Position numbers and translations under genes: made by a program
Part shown: piece after piece, positions 53,426 through 64,000 of the stretch
Layout of the letters: the number at the start of each line of letters is the position of its first letter
Numbering within the stretch: position 1 is the first letter of the stretch
Notes under the pieces: model-generated
The model's database searches: none
What the model was told of the DNA's origin: nothing
The model's input: only the letters and a program-made list of their open reading frames with translations
NCBI RefSeq assembly: GCF_009914755.1
Contig: NC_060937.1
Strand: one strand, 5' to 3'
From: the human T2T-CHM13v2.0 reference genome, Homo sapiens
DNA length: 64,000 bases

Positions 53426-54859
53426 AAATAATAATAATGGTCTTTACACTGTATTATTTTATCTTCAAATTGTAGGAGACTGGAGCTGCAGATCTCAATT
53501 AATGATACAAATAAAGCAATTCAACTTTGTGTTTTAATGTCATGACTTCTCTGCTTCTTGGGAGCACTTTCAGCATCATTAGTGGTACTTCATATAGGTG
53601 CCATGGTGTTATGTAAGGTTTATGGTATTGCACTAAACAGGAAAAGAAATATGAGAGAACTACAACAGATCACCTTTTCCTGCTATACAGAATTTACTGG
53701 AGAGATGAACAGCTCATGTGGTGATGAGTAGTGTCACACAGTGTTTTAAATTGTACTCACAACACTTGAGCTCAATGCAACAGCAACAGGTGGTGACTGC
53801 AGAAATTCTTACAGTAGTCTGGTATGTACTATAGTTAATTTTATGCAGTTATGATTTAATATTGCATCTTTACATTTGTTTATATTTCTCTCAACTGCAA
53901 ATGGTAACGTGTAGTCTGTATTTGTGTGCATAAGTTTTGATACATTTTAACTTTTTATAATAGGTTTGTGCATGTTTTTATTTTATTTTATAGTAGTAAA
54001 TGATAAAATAGATTGGTATCTGCATATATTTCATGCATTCATAACATGCTTAACTTTTTTATTTTTTTGTATTTGTAACCTACATGTTTGTCTATGAGTT
54101 TATCAAGTTGTTACAAATCTCAAAAAGATTTCTGTACGTAAGTGGTTCTGTGTAGTTCAAGTTTGTGTTTTTCAATGGTCAGCTGTACTTAAAATTTTTC
54201 TAATCTTAAATATTTCTAATTTTATTTTGAACATTAAACTCTAAACATTATGAGAAATACTTGTGTTTTAGCTATGATATGTGTGTGATTTTCTACACAT
54301 GCATTGGAAGAAGACATTTTGAGCATTCAATTTGATGTATATCAAATATAGTTAACTCATTGTAATTACGATGTTATTAAACTAATTTTGCGGAGTGTGT
54401 TTACTTATCATTGAAGTCATTTTGTTTTAGATATGTATTTTCTATAGCCAGAAATAGTCATTTGTTTTTGCTTTTCCAAGTTATACATCATGGTATACGA
54501 GGATAAAGAGCAATATATTATTACAAAGACAAAACTGTGATTTTTCTTTTCTTAGCAATGCAACTCACAGTGGCACTAAAGTAAATTTAAATAGCTATGA
54601 GAAAGAAATCTCAAATGTGAAAAAGGTACCATACATCAAGAATCCATGGGAGCTTAATTTAAAATAATGGTCCTTGGATGCTTCAAATATTTTAATTCAG
54701 TGCAGCTGTTTGGGGAGCCATGTATCTGGATTTTAAACTGTTACTGAGGTGTTTACAATTCAGTTTGTCCATCGTCCTCACATTTGAAATAATACTAAGT
54801 TTTTAAACTTAAAAAGCTATGAGTATGTTTTGGTTAAAAATGAAATATTTGCCCTTGTC

Positions 54860-55015
54860 TGATTTCAAAACTTTCTGTTGTTTTCCTGTCTATAAACTAG
54901 AGTGGTAAAAACAGCATCTATTCTACAGAGTTTCCATAAGAAATAAATATTCATAAATCACTTTAGGACAGTGCCTAACACACAGTAAACTCAATAGATG
55001 TTAGGTATATATTGT
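54860..55015 (+). mobile_element. MIR remnant
   Basis: 'ctttaggacagtgcctaacacacagtaaactcaatagatgttag'. Confidence 0.75.
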
Positions 55016-55111
55016 GTTATGCATAAGGGTGTTTTATTTAATAAGGCATATGTAAACTCCAGTGGCTTACTTTGAATCACTGTTGAGTGTGAGAAGTGGA
55101 AAGTTATTTTA

Positions 55112-55241
55112 AAGTGGCATGTACCTGTAGTCCCAGCTACTTGGTGAGGCTAAAGGCAGAAGGATTGCTTGAGCTCAGGAGTTTGAGGCCAGCCTGGGCA
55201 ACGTAGCAGGACCCTACCTCTGAAGAAAAGGAAAAAAAAAA
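55112..55241 (+). mobile_element. FLAM-like Alu monomer
   Basis: 'cctgtagtcccagctact...ggattgcttgagctcaggagtttgaggccagcctgggcaac' plus an A-tail. Confidence 0.85.
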
Positions 55242-57423
55242 CCTGACAGTGTTTTCAAAATGGTTTTAAAAAACATTTTGTACCATATACTACATAAAAT
55301 GCCCTTAAAATTATATATATGGGATGTAATAAAAGATTGAAAAGCATAGGATTTTGACATCATGTATTCTCATAGTGACTATTACACCCTGCTGCAATTG
55401 TCTTATTTCAAAGATCCACAATGAATGTGTTACATTAAATATGATGCAGTGTAGTTTTTACTTGTCATATTGTTATATGATCTTAACTATCACAGACTCT
55501 AATAGTATCATAGTTTCAGTATGCATTCAATAATATTTCATATGGTAATTCACTTTCATTACTTTTTTAATAAGAAAATCTCAAATCAGGTTACAAACAA
55601 AAGATTTCCTAATAAATTCTCTGTAGATGGATAGATGAATAGATGATAGAGATTAATTGATTGATCAATCAATAGAAAGCTAGATAGGACATCCACATTC
55701 TTATATTCTACTTCTCACAGTTTGCCTTCATACACATTATGTTAGGAACAGAAGAAAATCGAAGCATCTGTTTTTTAAAATTCTTTCCAAAATTAATTAT
55801 AATATTGGCTTCAACCCTAATATGATTTATATTTAGAATTTTAAAATTTGGCACAGGCAATTAATTGAACTAGCATGACAGGACATTTTAAAATTGATGT
55901 AAACACCAAAATTTCTCTATCAAAAGGTGAAATTATTGGTGTTTTGGAAATAAATATAAACAATATTTATAAAAAATTGTATCGTATTTAGAAATTATTC
56001 AAAAATGAATAGAATATACACTAAAGTTGTAAAGAATTCAAGTCACTAATACAAAAGAGACATATCATCACTGAAATAGTAATTGTGTCTTATAGAATGT
56101 TCTTTAACAATTTTTATGTATCTATAATGATAATTTGTATAAAATATTAAGTATAACAATATTATCTGCTCAAATCTGGAACCTCATGATACAATATGGG
56201 ACTTTCCCAAATCAAACATTTTTAATAATAATAAACTATACCTACAGTATGTTGTTAGCCTGTTAGCCAATTAAAGTGGTTAAAAATCATGATATTTTAA
56301 AATATATGCATTTAATCCTTCAAGAATAAAGACAGAATTAAAAATACTTATGAAAATATTTAACTTCATACAGAAGCTAGAAGTTAAAAATAATTATCTC
56401 AACTGAATTTCAAGTATAGTTTGATGTTTGGGAACATTATTCATTGACAAATGTCTTTTCAAATAAACAATTATGCTACACTTTTGTAAGATAAATGCAG
56501 ATCATCTTTGACTAGAATTTACAGAAGCTTTTCAATCTCAAAACCCCTATCTGTTCAGCATAATAGGCTTTCAAGTAGAAAAAATATTATTGTTAGTATA
56601 TTACAAGATCTTTGAAGTTTGTTTTGAAGAGGATCTATTATTTTGCTCATTTTTCTATGTTGTATATATGTTAATTTATTTTTGTTCTCTGAAAATAAAG
56701 TAAACAGGCATAGGAATGATAAAGCTCCATGAGGCTCACCTATCGTGCACGGCAGTTCTCTAACCAGCATGCTATGTACATTGATCCATTGAGGATGCTA
56801 AAGAATCTGGTTAAAAACAGGTTTAATGAGCACCACCTAGAAGTTTAGTTTGAAATTTCTCACTTGAAACTTTCTGAAATAATTAGTGCCATTGAAACAT
56901 TTTGGAACAGACCTCTAGTTACCTTATGAATTAGAAATCAGTTATTAAGATATTTAGAAAGAGAATAAAACACCTATAAATTCCTAGGGCATTTTTATCT
57001 CCAATTACTCACTTTAGAACATTTCTTGATAATGGCATACTCAGGTACAAACAGAACTACTGCCTGTGGCCCTGAAGAGACTGTTCTCAAGCCCCCGGTT
57101 CCTACATATCTCTTTATTCCATTAATTATAGTAACTGTCTGTTTCTTCTTCTGTACTTATTTTGGACTGTGTTGCCATTTTTGTCTAGTTGGCTACCACT
57201 CACGTTTTTCTAACTTTGACACTAATAGGAAACTGGTAACATGTCTAATGGTCAACTCTTTCAGAGAACATTTAATATAAGAGATATTTTATTCAAAAAT
57301 ACATTTTTAAAAATTTTGTTTTGTTTTGTCATTTATTCTTGGAAAGTAGGAAAAAGGGAAAAGTTTAAAGATACTCAGATGTATCAAAATAGGTTTATGT
57401 ATATCCATGTTATTGTGAATTAC

Positions 57424-58113
57424 TGAGAGGTGAAGCCAGCTGGGCTTCTGAGTTGGGTGGGGACTTGGAGAACTTTTCTGTCTAGCTAAAGGTTTGTAAA
57501 TGCACCAATCAGCACTCTTAAAATGGACCAATCAGCAGGATGTGGGTGGGGCCAAATAAGACAGTAAAAGCAGGCCACCCGAACCAGCAGCGGCAACCTG
57601 CTGGGGTCCACCTTCCATGGTGTGGAAGCTTAGTTCTTTTGTTCTTTGCAATAAATCTTACTGCTGCTCACTCTTCAGGTCCACACCATCTTTATGAGCT
57701 GTAACACTCACTGCCAAGGTCTGCAGCTTCACTCCTGAAGCCAGCGAGACCATGAACCCAATGGGAGGGATGAACAACTCCAGAGTGCCACCTTTATGAA
57801 CTGTAACACTCACCATGAGGGTCTGCAGCTTCACTCCTGAGGCCAGCGAGACCACGAACCTACCGAAAGGAATGAACAACTCCAGACACGCCACCTTTAA
57901 GAGCTGTAACACCCACCGCGAAGGTCTGCAGCTTCACTCCTGAAGTCAGCGAGACCACAAACCCACCAGAAGGAAGAAACTCCGGACACATCTGAACATC
58001 TGAAGAAACAAACTCCAGACACACCATCTTTAAGAACTGTAACACTCACCGTGAGGGTCCGTGTCTTCATTCTTGAAGTCAGCGAGAACAAGAACCCACC
58101 AATTCCGGACACA
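57424..58113 (+). mobile_element. LTR12 (ERV9; short LTR12/LTR12F-like) solo LTR
   Basis: 'tgagaggtgaagccagctgg' ... 'ccaccaattccggacaca'. Exact TSD ttac. CCAAT boxes at 57505 and 57528, AATAAA at 57650, and four ~103-133-bp U5 repeats ('ctgtaacac'). Confidence 0.95.
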
Positions 58114-58540
58114 TTACCACAGTCACTAATCAAGAGATATCATTTTCCATCTATTTTTAGCTCAACTATATATTAGTAGGCATCTCCTCAAACTGTTTAG
58201 GTATCATTAAACCCAAAAGCAAGATCCAAAGTACTTGAGATTTTCAATATTGAACTAGATGACAGAGAAAAAAACTGCATTTTTCCAGTCTAATTTTAAC
58301 ACCTATGCCACAAGAGCTTGTCCTGTCTCATTATATTAAATTGGATCTTAGTCTCCTTAACCTAATATTTAATATTTGTTACAACCGGTAAAATTATCAT
58401 TTTATTGGATAGGGAAACAATCACATGCTCTGAAATAAATGGAATGATAATAATGTCTATGATTACAAATTCTCCGAATTGTCCTTCCTATCTGAGCAAA
58501 TTAGAGCAAAAGCTATGTAAACCCCAGGCAACTGTTATTT

Positions 58541-58597
58541 TGTGTGTGTGTATGTGTGCGTGTCTGTGAATGTGTATGTATGTGTGGTATGTGTGTC
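58541..58597. repeat. Imperfect (TG)n
   Basis: Read directly from the sequence. Confidence 0.85.
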
Positions 58598-59469
58598 ATA
58601 ATAGGAAACGTCTGCTTCTAATGTCTTAGTTAATTGACTATTACAGTATCTGATTGTTTTAAGGACAATAACATATGGAAAGTAACAAGACCATCAACCT
58701 TTCAGAAGACCACCAAGGAAACCTGTTGATGGAGCAAAGCTAAGTTTACTAGATAACATTTGTATGGGAGACAAATCTGAGCATGTACTCAGTGGATGTC
58801 AAAATGCTGAGACTGGGGAAAGATGTATAGGATTTTAGGGTTTGGGATGTTTATTAAATAATAACTTTATAATGGTGAGCACAGTGAGGCTAGTGACCCT
58901 TTATGGGCAACCTGTAATTTTTATATGAAAGACATTTAATTTACCCACAGACGTTTTCCAGAAGCAAGTATGTTCTATTACAGTTAGCTAAATTTTTATT
59001 TCTCACTTTTGGTATTATTTTACATAGGGACATATATACATTTTTGTTCCCATACATGACATTTTAACACAAGAACAGGAAAGGTTGTTTCTTCATAGTA
59101 TTATTTAACATAGAGACAGAAGAAAGAGCCATTTTAAGCAAAAATAAAACAACCACCACAGCAATGATCAAAACAAAACCACCACAACCACTTTGAAAAA
59201 CAAGCAAACATAATCCTTTTAGTTTGTGTGTGTGTGTGTCAGTGTGTGTGTGTTTAGCTCTTAAAAAGCTTTTAAAAAGTTGCATAGAAATATTTTTAAC
59301 GTGGTAAAAAATACATAATATAACTGTTTCTATATAATATTTGTTTTCTGTTCTAACCTCTTTTTTGCTCATAGATTGGTTAAATATTTTACTAAATGTA
59401 GGAAAACTGAACTTTTCTGTTGCCACTGAGTCAAAAATTACAATACCTGCCTGCAATTACTACTGGATC

Positions 59470-59970
59470 ATAGGTATCCTGACAGTAGAGACAAAACTTA
59501 TCTCAGTCTCCTTTTATGGAACTAATGACTTCACTTCTAATAAATAGAATGTGACAAAAGTGACAGGATAACACTTCAGAGATTAGGTTATAAAAGGCAG
59601 TAACCCTGTCTGGCTGCTTCTCTCTCTTGGTCTTTTACTTGCTTTCTCTGATGAAGCAAGCTGCCGTCTTCTGGGGCTGCTTACACGTCTGAGTGGCAAG
59701 TAATTGAGAGCATCCTTCAGCCGACAACCCACAAGGAACTGAATCATGCCAATAACCACCTAAGTGAGCTTAAAAGCAGACTCTCCCTCTGTCGAGCCTT
59801 GTGAAGACAGCTACAACCACCCAATACCTTAATTGATGCCTTATGAGACACTGAGAGACAGATGATTCAGATAAGGCACACCTGCCTTTCTGACCCACAG
59901 AAGCTGGCACAATATTATTTGTTGCTTCAAGTTGCATAATTTTAAGGTAATTTGTTATTCATCAGGAAAA
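59470..59970 (+). mobile_element. MLT1F/G-like LTR
   Basis: 'aatagaatgtgacaaaagtgac...gattaggttataaaa...aaggaactgaatcatgccaataaccac...tctgacccacagaagc'. Confidence 0.8.
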
Positions 59971-60339
59971 TGAGAAAGGAGATATTTGGGGAACATCAAG
60001 AAGTCTCTGCCACAGGCATAGAACATTTAAAACAGAGGGTAAAATATTTTAAAGAATATCTAAATATCATTACTATTCAGGATATGGTAATGTATATATC
60101 CAAATTATACCTGGTTTTAATTACACTCTATGACAATGAAGAAAACATATAAATTTTGAGACTAAAAATACTGGAAATTATTTTCTTTGTAAGCACATGA
60201 TTGATCTGTTTTTTAATAATGCACTAGTTTTTTTATTTGGTGCTATTAAATAATAAAACAACAATTGCCTTAGTTACTAAAATCACTTATATGTTCACCC
60301 CTAAATTACATAAATTACTTTTGCTACTTTTCAAATTCA

Positions 60340-60735
60340 CATGAATAAAATTATGCTGAATGGTTCTTGAACTTTCTTTCTTTAGCTAATATTATGTTCG
60401 AAAAGTTCATCCATTGTTGCAATTAACCCATTTATCTTCACATAATTTTATTATACTATTCTACAAATTGTGTATGTATTCTATTGTTGATGTGAACTTA
60501 GGATGCTTCCATTTTTTGACAGAATTAATAATACTTGTTTGAAAATGCAAGTACATATAATAAATGTGTACAATTTTTTAGCATGTATTTTATGGAATGG
60601 GATACTGAATCCTGGATGTTGGTATCTTAAAAATTATTTGATGACGCTGAACTATTTTCCATAGTCATGAGATTACTTTGCATTTTTATCAGTAATTTAT
60701 GAATTTTGTTGTTCTACATTTTCTAAACACTTGTT
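60340..60735 (-). mobile_element. L1ME-like 3' remnant (resumes at ~61290-61380)
   Basis: 'ttcatccattgttgc...ttctattgttgatgtgaacttaggatgcttcca'. Confidence 0.6.
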
Positions 60736-60737
60736 CT

Positions 60738-61255
60738 GATTATCTCTTGCATACAACAAATTTTCCCAAAACATGGTAGGTAAAACAAAAAGTAATTATT
60801 CTGTAAGACATTTCCTGAAGTTGATAGCTCTTGGCTAAGCATTTGTCATGTGAGTTATCCCATGCAACTGCAATCAGGCTGTGATTGAAGAGACATTTTG
60901 AAGCCCAACTCACCCAAATACTTGGGAGTTGATGGTAAATTTCTGATGGACTCACACCTTGAAATATCAGACAGAACCACATACATAAGGATGCTGGAAG
61001 TGCAGTGGATTTTCTCATGACATGGTGCTTGGGTCTTAAAAGGGAGTCCCCCATGATGACAAGACACAAAACATTTTACCTTTTATGAACTAAGCTTGAA
61101 GATCACATAACATACTTTCTGAAATAGTCTGATTCCTACTCAGATTCAAGGACAGGAAACATATTCATCCAATTTTCAATGACAGAAATACAGCAGGCTG
61201 TAGAAAAAGCACGTGTTATGGAAAATCTTGCTGCAGCCATTTTCTAAGACACAAT
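60738..61255 (-). mobile_element. Old MLT1 (H-K-like) LTR
   Basis: 'ttgcatacaacaaattttcccaaaacatggtagg taaaacaa' ... 'ttgctgcagccatttt'. Confidence 0.6.
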
Positions 61256-61741
61256 AATCTATGGTTTTGTTGTTGTTATTGTTGTTGTTGTATAGGACTT
61301 TCAGTAAGTCCAGTGTTTGTGTGTTGATATCTTACTTTGGGTTTAATTTGAATTACACTGATTACTTGAAAACCTTTTGTTAAACAGATACATAAATATT
61401 TCAAGTGGAAAACAGTTTTTAGTATCTATTTGCCAAGAACTAAAACTCTCTCAGAATTATGAAGATATCTTTCCATATTGCACTTCTTTATATAATAAAA
61501 CTTTTAAAATAGCCTTTATGTATAGGAAAATTACAAGTTCACCACAAGATATGCTTTGCCTATGATCCATTTGCAAGCTGTCACATGAAGTAGCACCATT
61601 GCTAAATACATAAATAGACATTATTAATAATGAGGGCATTTCTCTACATAATTTAAATATCTAAATACTAAAATAACATTGATAATGACATCAATTATTC
61701 AAACTCCATGTAAAATTTGCTGTATCCAAATATTTATATCA

Positions 61742-61913
<172 letters not shown>

Positions 61914-62179
61914 TATATCTGTGACTTATAACTACCTTGCCAAATTCTGCAAATATAATTCAGGCATTGATTGTGATTGCCCTAATTCACATGGTAATTT
62001 TGTTGTAATTGTCAATTTACAATATTTTTCTCCAATCCATGATGTCTAAGAGCTTGTCTTCTGAACCATTAATGTGAATAGAGATACCCAATTTTTACAA
62101 AAGTATTTTTGTTTTAATTTTCACATTGATATCAATAATGCAATTGATGTGGTGATTAAGAAATAGTATAGTGTTATAA

Positions 62180-63600
62180 AGTAGGTGAAACATCTGGTAT
62201 TTTTATATGATGCTGTTGTTATGTAATTTGGCACAACACATTTAGACAAAATATTTGGTGGTTTCTGCTAGGGCTGAAATATCATATTACCCAGTGGTTG
62301 TACTCCTAGGTACATATTTCCACAAAAACATGTCTATATGTTTACAAAAGACATGTACAATAATATTAGTAGCATAACCAGTCCTAATAGCCTTCTTAAA
62401 GATTGGAAAAAAAAAAGTGGTTTCTTTCCCACTCTCTACTGTCACACAGTCACCCAATGCTTTTGACACTAGATATATGGGTATCCTCCACTATGCCCCA
62501 ACAAACCAAGCAATTTTCCAGAAGATTTTCCAGTGGACACCAACTGGGTGTCCTCAAATTCAATTCTGAGACTACCTGGAGACAGCATCAGGTCCTACCG
62601 GTAAAGGGCTCAGTTTCACAAGACTGCCTCCCATTTCAGATACCATTTGCAAACACAGGTGGTGACCCATGCTTTCTACTGACTGATTAGACTGATTATA
62701 AATCAGAGTTCCACAACCCTCTCCGTGGATTTGATTAATTTGCTAGCATGGCTCACTAGAGCTCAGGGAAATACTTTCCTTATACTTATCAGTTTATTAG
62801 TAAGAAATACATAAAGGAAACATAAAAGCAGCAAGGCGAAGAGACACATAGGACAAGATATATGGGAAACGACACAGAGCTTCGATGCCTGTACCCTAAG
62901 GAACCTCCACATGTTCATCTATGGAAGGCCATTTGGATCCCATCCCTTTGGGTTTTTATGGAGGCTTCATTACATAGACATGATTGATTATATCATTGTC
63001 CATTGATTATAAATTCAACTTTTAGCCCATTTTTTTCTCTCTGGAGTTCAGGGGCTGGGGCTAAAAGTTCCAACCCTCTTATCACATGTTCCTCTGTCAA
63101 CTAGTCCCCAGCTTGAAGCTTTTCAGGAGCCCAGCAAGATTTGCTTCACTACAAGAGATGTTCCAATCAGGCCAGAAAATTCCAAGGGATGTAGAAGTTT
63201 TGTACCAGGAATCAGGGTGAAGGAGCACATATTAGAACAAAACATTATCTGAGCACCTCTATTTACAAGGGTATTGGTTGCTCAATAACTGGGACAGAGA
63301 CCAAACATTAAAATAGAAGATTCTTCTAGCACTCCTGTAGCTCAGGAAATTACAAAGTTTTAGGAGCTCTGTGTCAACTACTCAGGACAGAGACCAATAT
63401 ATATATTTATTGTTATTTCACAAGCCCCAAACTAAAAACAAAATATTCTTCAATGTTCGAATGATTAAACAAATTGTGTAGTTATTATGCAACTTTGAGG
63501 ATCAACAAAGTAATACCACATGTAATACCATCAGTCAATTTCAAAAACTTAATATTGAGCAAAAGAATCCCGACACGAAACAGATTATATTGTAGGTTGG
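62180..63600 (+). mobile_element. Old L1M 3'-region remnant split by MER21
   Basis: 'tactcctaggtacatattt...caaaagacatgtacaa...taatagcc' continues as 'agccccaaactaaaaacaa...aacaaattgtg' after the insert. Confidence 0.65.
62393..63422 (-). mobile_element. MER21-like LTR
   Basis: 'cagtggacaccaactgggtgtcctcaaattcaattctgagactacctggagacagcatcag' and end 'gaccaatatatatatttattgttatttcaca'. TSD agcc (62389-62392 / 63423-63426). Confidence 0.85.
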
Positions 63601-63669
63601 TGTGAGGAAAAAAAGGCAGAAACAATTGATGACATTAGAAATCAGGATAATAATATTATCTATGAAGGA

Positions 63670-63975
63670 GATTCCTATTGACCTAAAGTTTGTATTCTTC
63701 CAAAATTCACAGGTTGAAGACTGAATCCCCAATGTGTGGGGTATTCTGAGGTGGCGACTTTGGGAGATAATTGGGTCTTGAAGTTGGAGCCCTTATGAAT
63801 GAGATTAGAGCTTTTATAAGTGAAGAGAGCAGAGCTTGCTCTCTTTGTGTGTCATGTGAAGATACAAAGAGAATACAGCCATCTATTAAGACAGAGCAGG
63901 GCCTTCACCAAGAATCCATCTACACTGACAACCTGATCTCAGATTTCCAGTCACAGGAACTGTGAGGAATAATTC
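63670..63975 (+). mobile_element. MLT1A-like LTR, interrupted at the window edge
   Basis: 'ccaaaattcacaggttgaa...ccccaatgtg...gagcccttatgaatgagattag...gaactgtgag'. Confidence 0.82.
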
Positions 63976-64000
63976 TTTTTTTTTTTTTTTTAAGACAGAG
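63976..64000 (-). mobile_element. Start (tail end) of an Alu cut by the window edge
   Basis: T-run followed by 'aagacagag'. Confidence 0.65.

Larger units (their letters stand above)
50180..54185 (-). mobile_element. Full-length Tigger2 (TcMar-Tigger) DNA transposon, interrupted by an L1PA and an Alu
   Basis: Both ends are recognisable ('gaccccggaacaatgcagg...aaaacttaactactaata' and 'gtagttcaagtttgtgtttttcaatggtcagctg') with TA flanks. About 2.7 kb after removing the nested insert. ORF 50775-50966 (MDLVDILELVDTTEQLTEYD..) resembles the Tigger transposase C-terminus. Confidence 0.85.

Noticed and set aside
57658-58133. Repetitive minus-strand ORFs (VVSLASGVKLQT..) and CRISPR-like periodicity
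   Set aside because: These are the normal LTR12 U5 tandem repeats. The units are homologous throughout, with no unique spacers.
58640-58990. Possible ancient LTR remnant ('gatggagcaaagctaagtttact')
   Set aside because: Too diverged for me to assign termini or a family without a search.

Overview
This is human (primate) nuclear genomic DNA, not a microbial window. It is AT-rich, CpG-poor and looks intergenic or deep intronic. An AluYb8 at 28130-28446, a human-specific subfamily, supports a human origin. I see no host protein-coding gene, RNA gene or CpG island, and the supplied ORFs are transposon remnants or chance frames. The window is a layered transposable-element record. It holds two near full-length old L1s (2.9-9.6 kb minus, 24.5-31.6 kb plus), a young 5'-inverted L1PA2, two L1s reduced to their termini but still flanked by target-site duplications (TSDs), and a full-length Tigger2 with a nested L1 and Alu. 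It also has solo LTRs (MST, MLT1, MER34-, MER50-, MER61- and MER21-like, LTR12), a truncated THE1, MER53/MER3, MIR/L2 and microsatellites. I found no convincing new biological system. The best leads are an unidentified ~105-bp segment inside a MER50 LTR, a back-to-back CRE plus CREB3/XBP1 motif pair in unique DNA, several local templated insertions or duplications, an ~11-monomer array in an L1 5'UTR, and insertions that may be polymorphic. Family names come from my recall of consensus sequences, and boundaries are approximate unless a TSD is quoted. All need RepeatMasker/Dfam confirmation.
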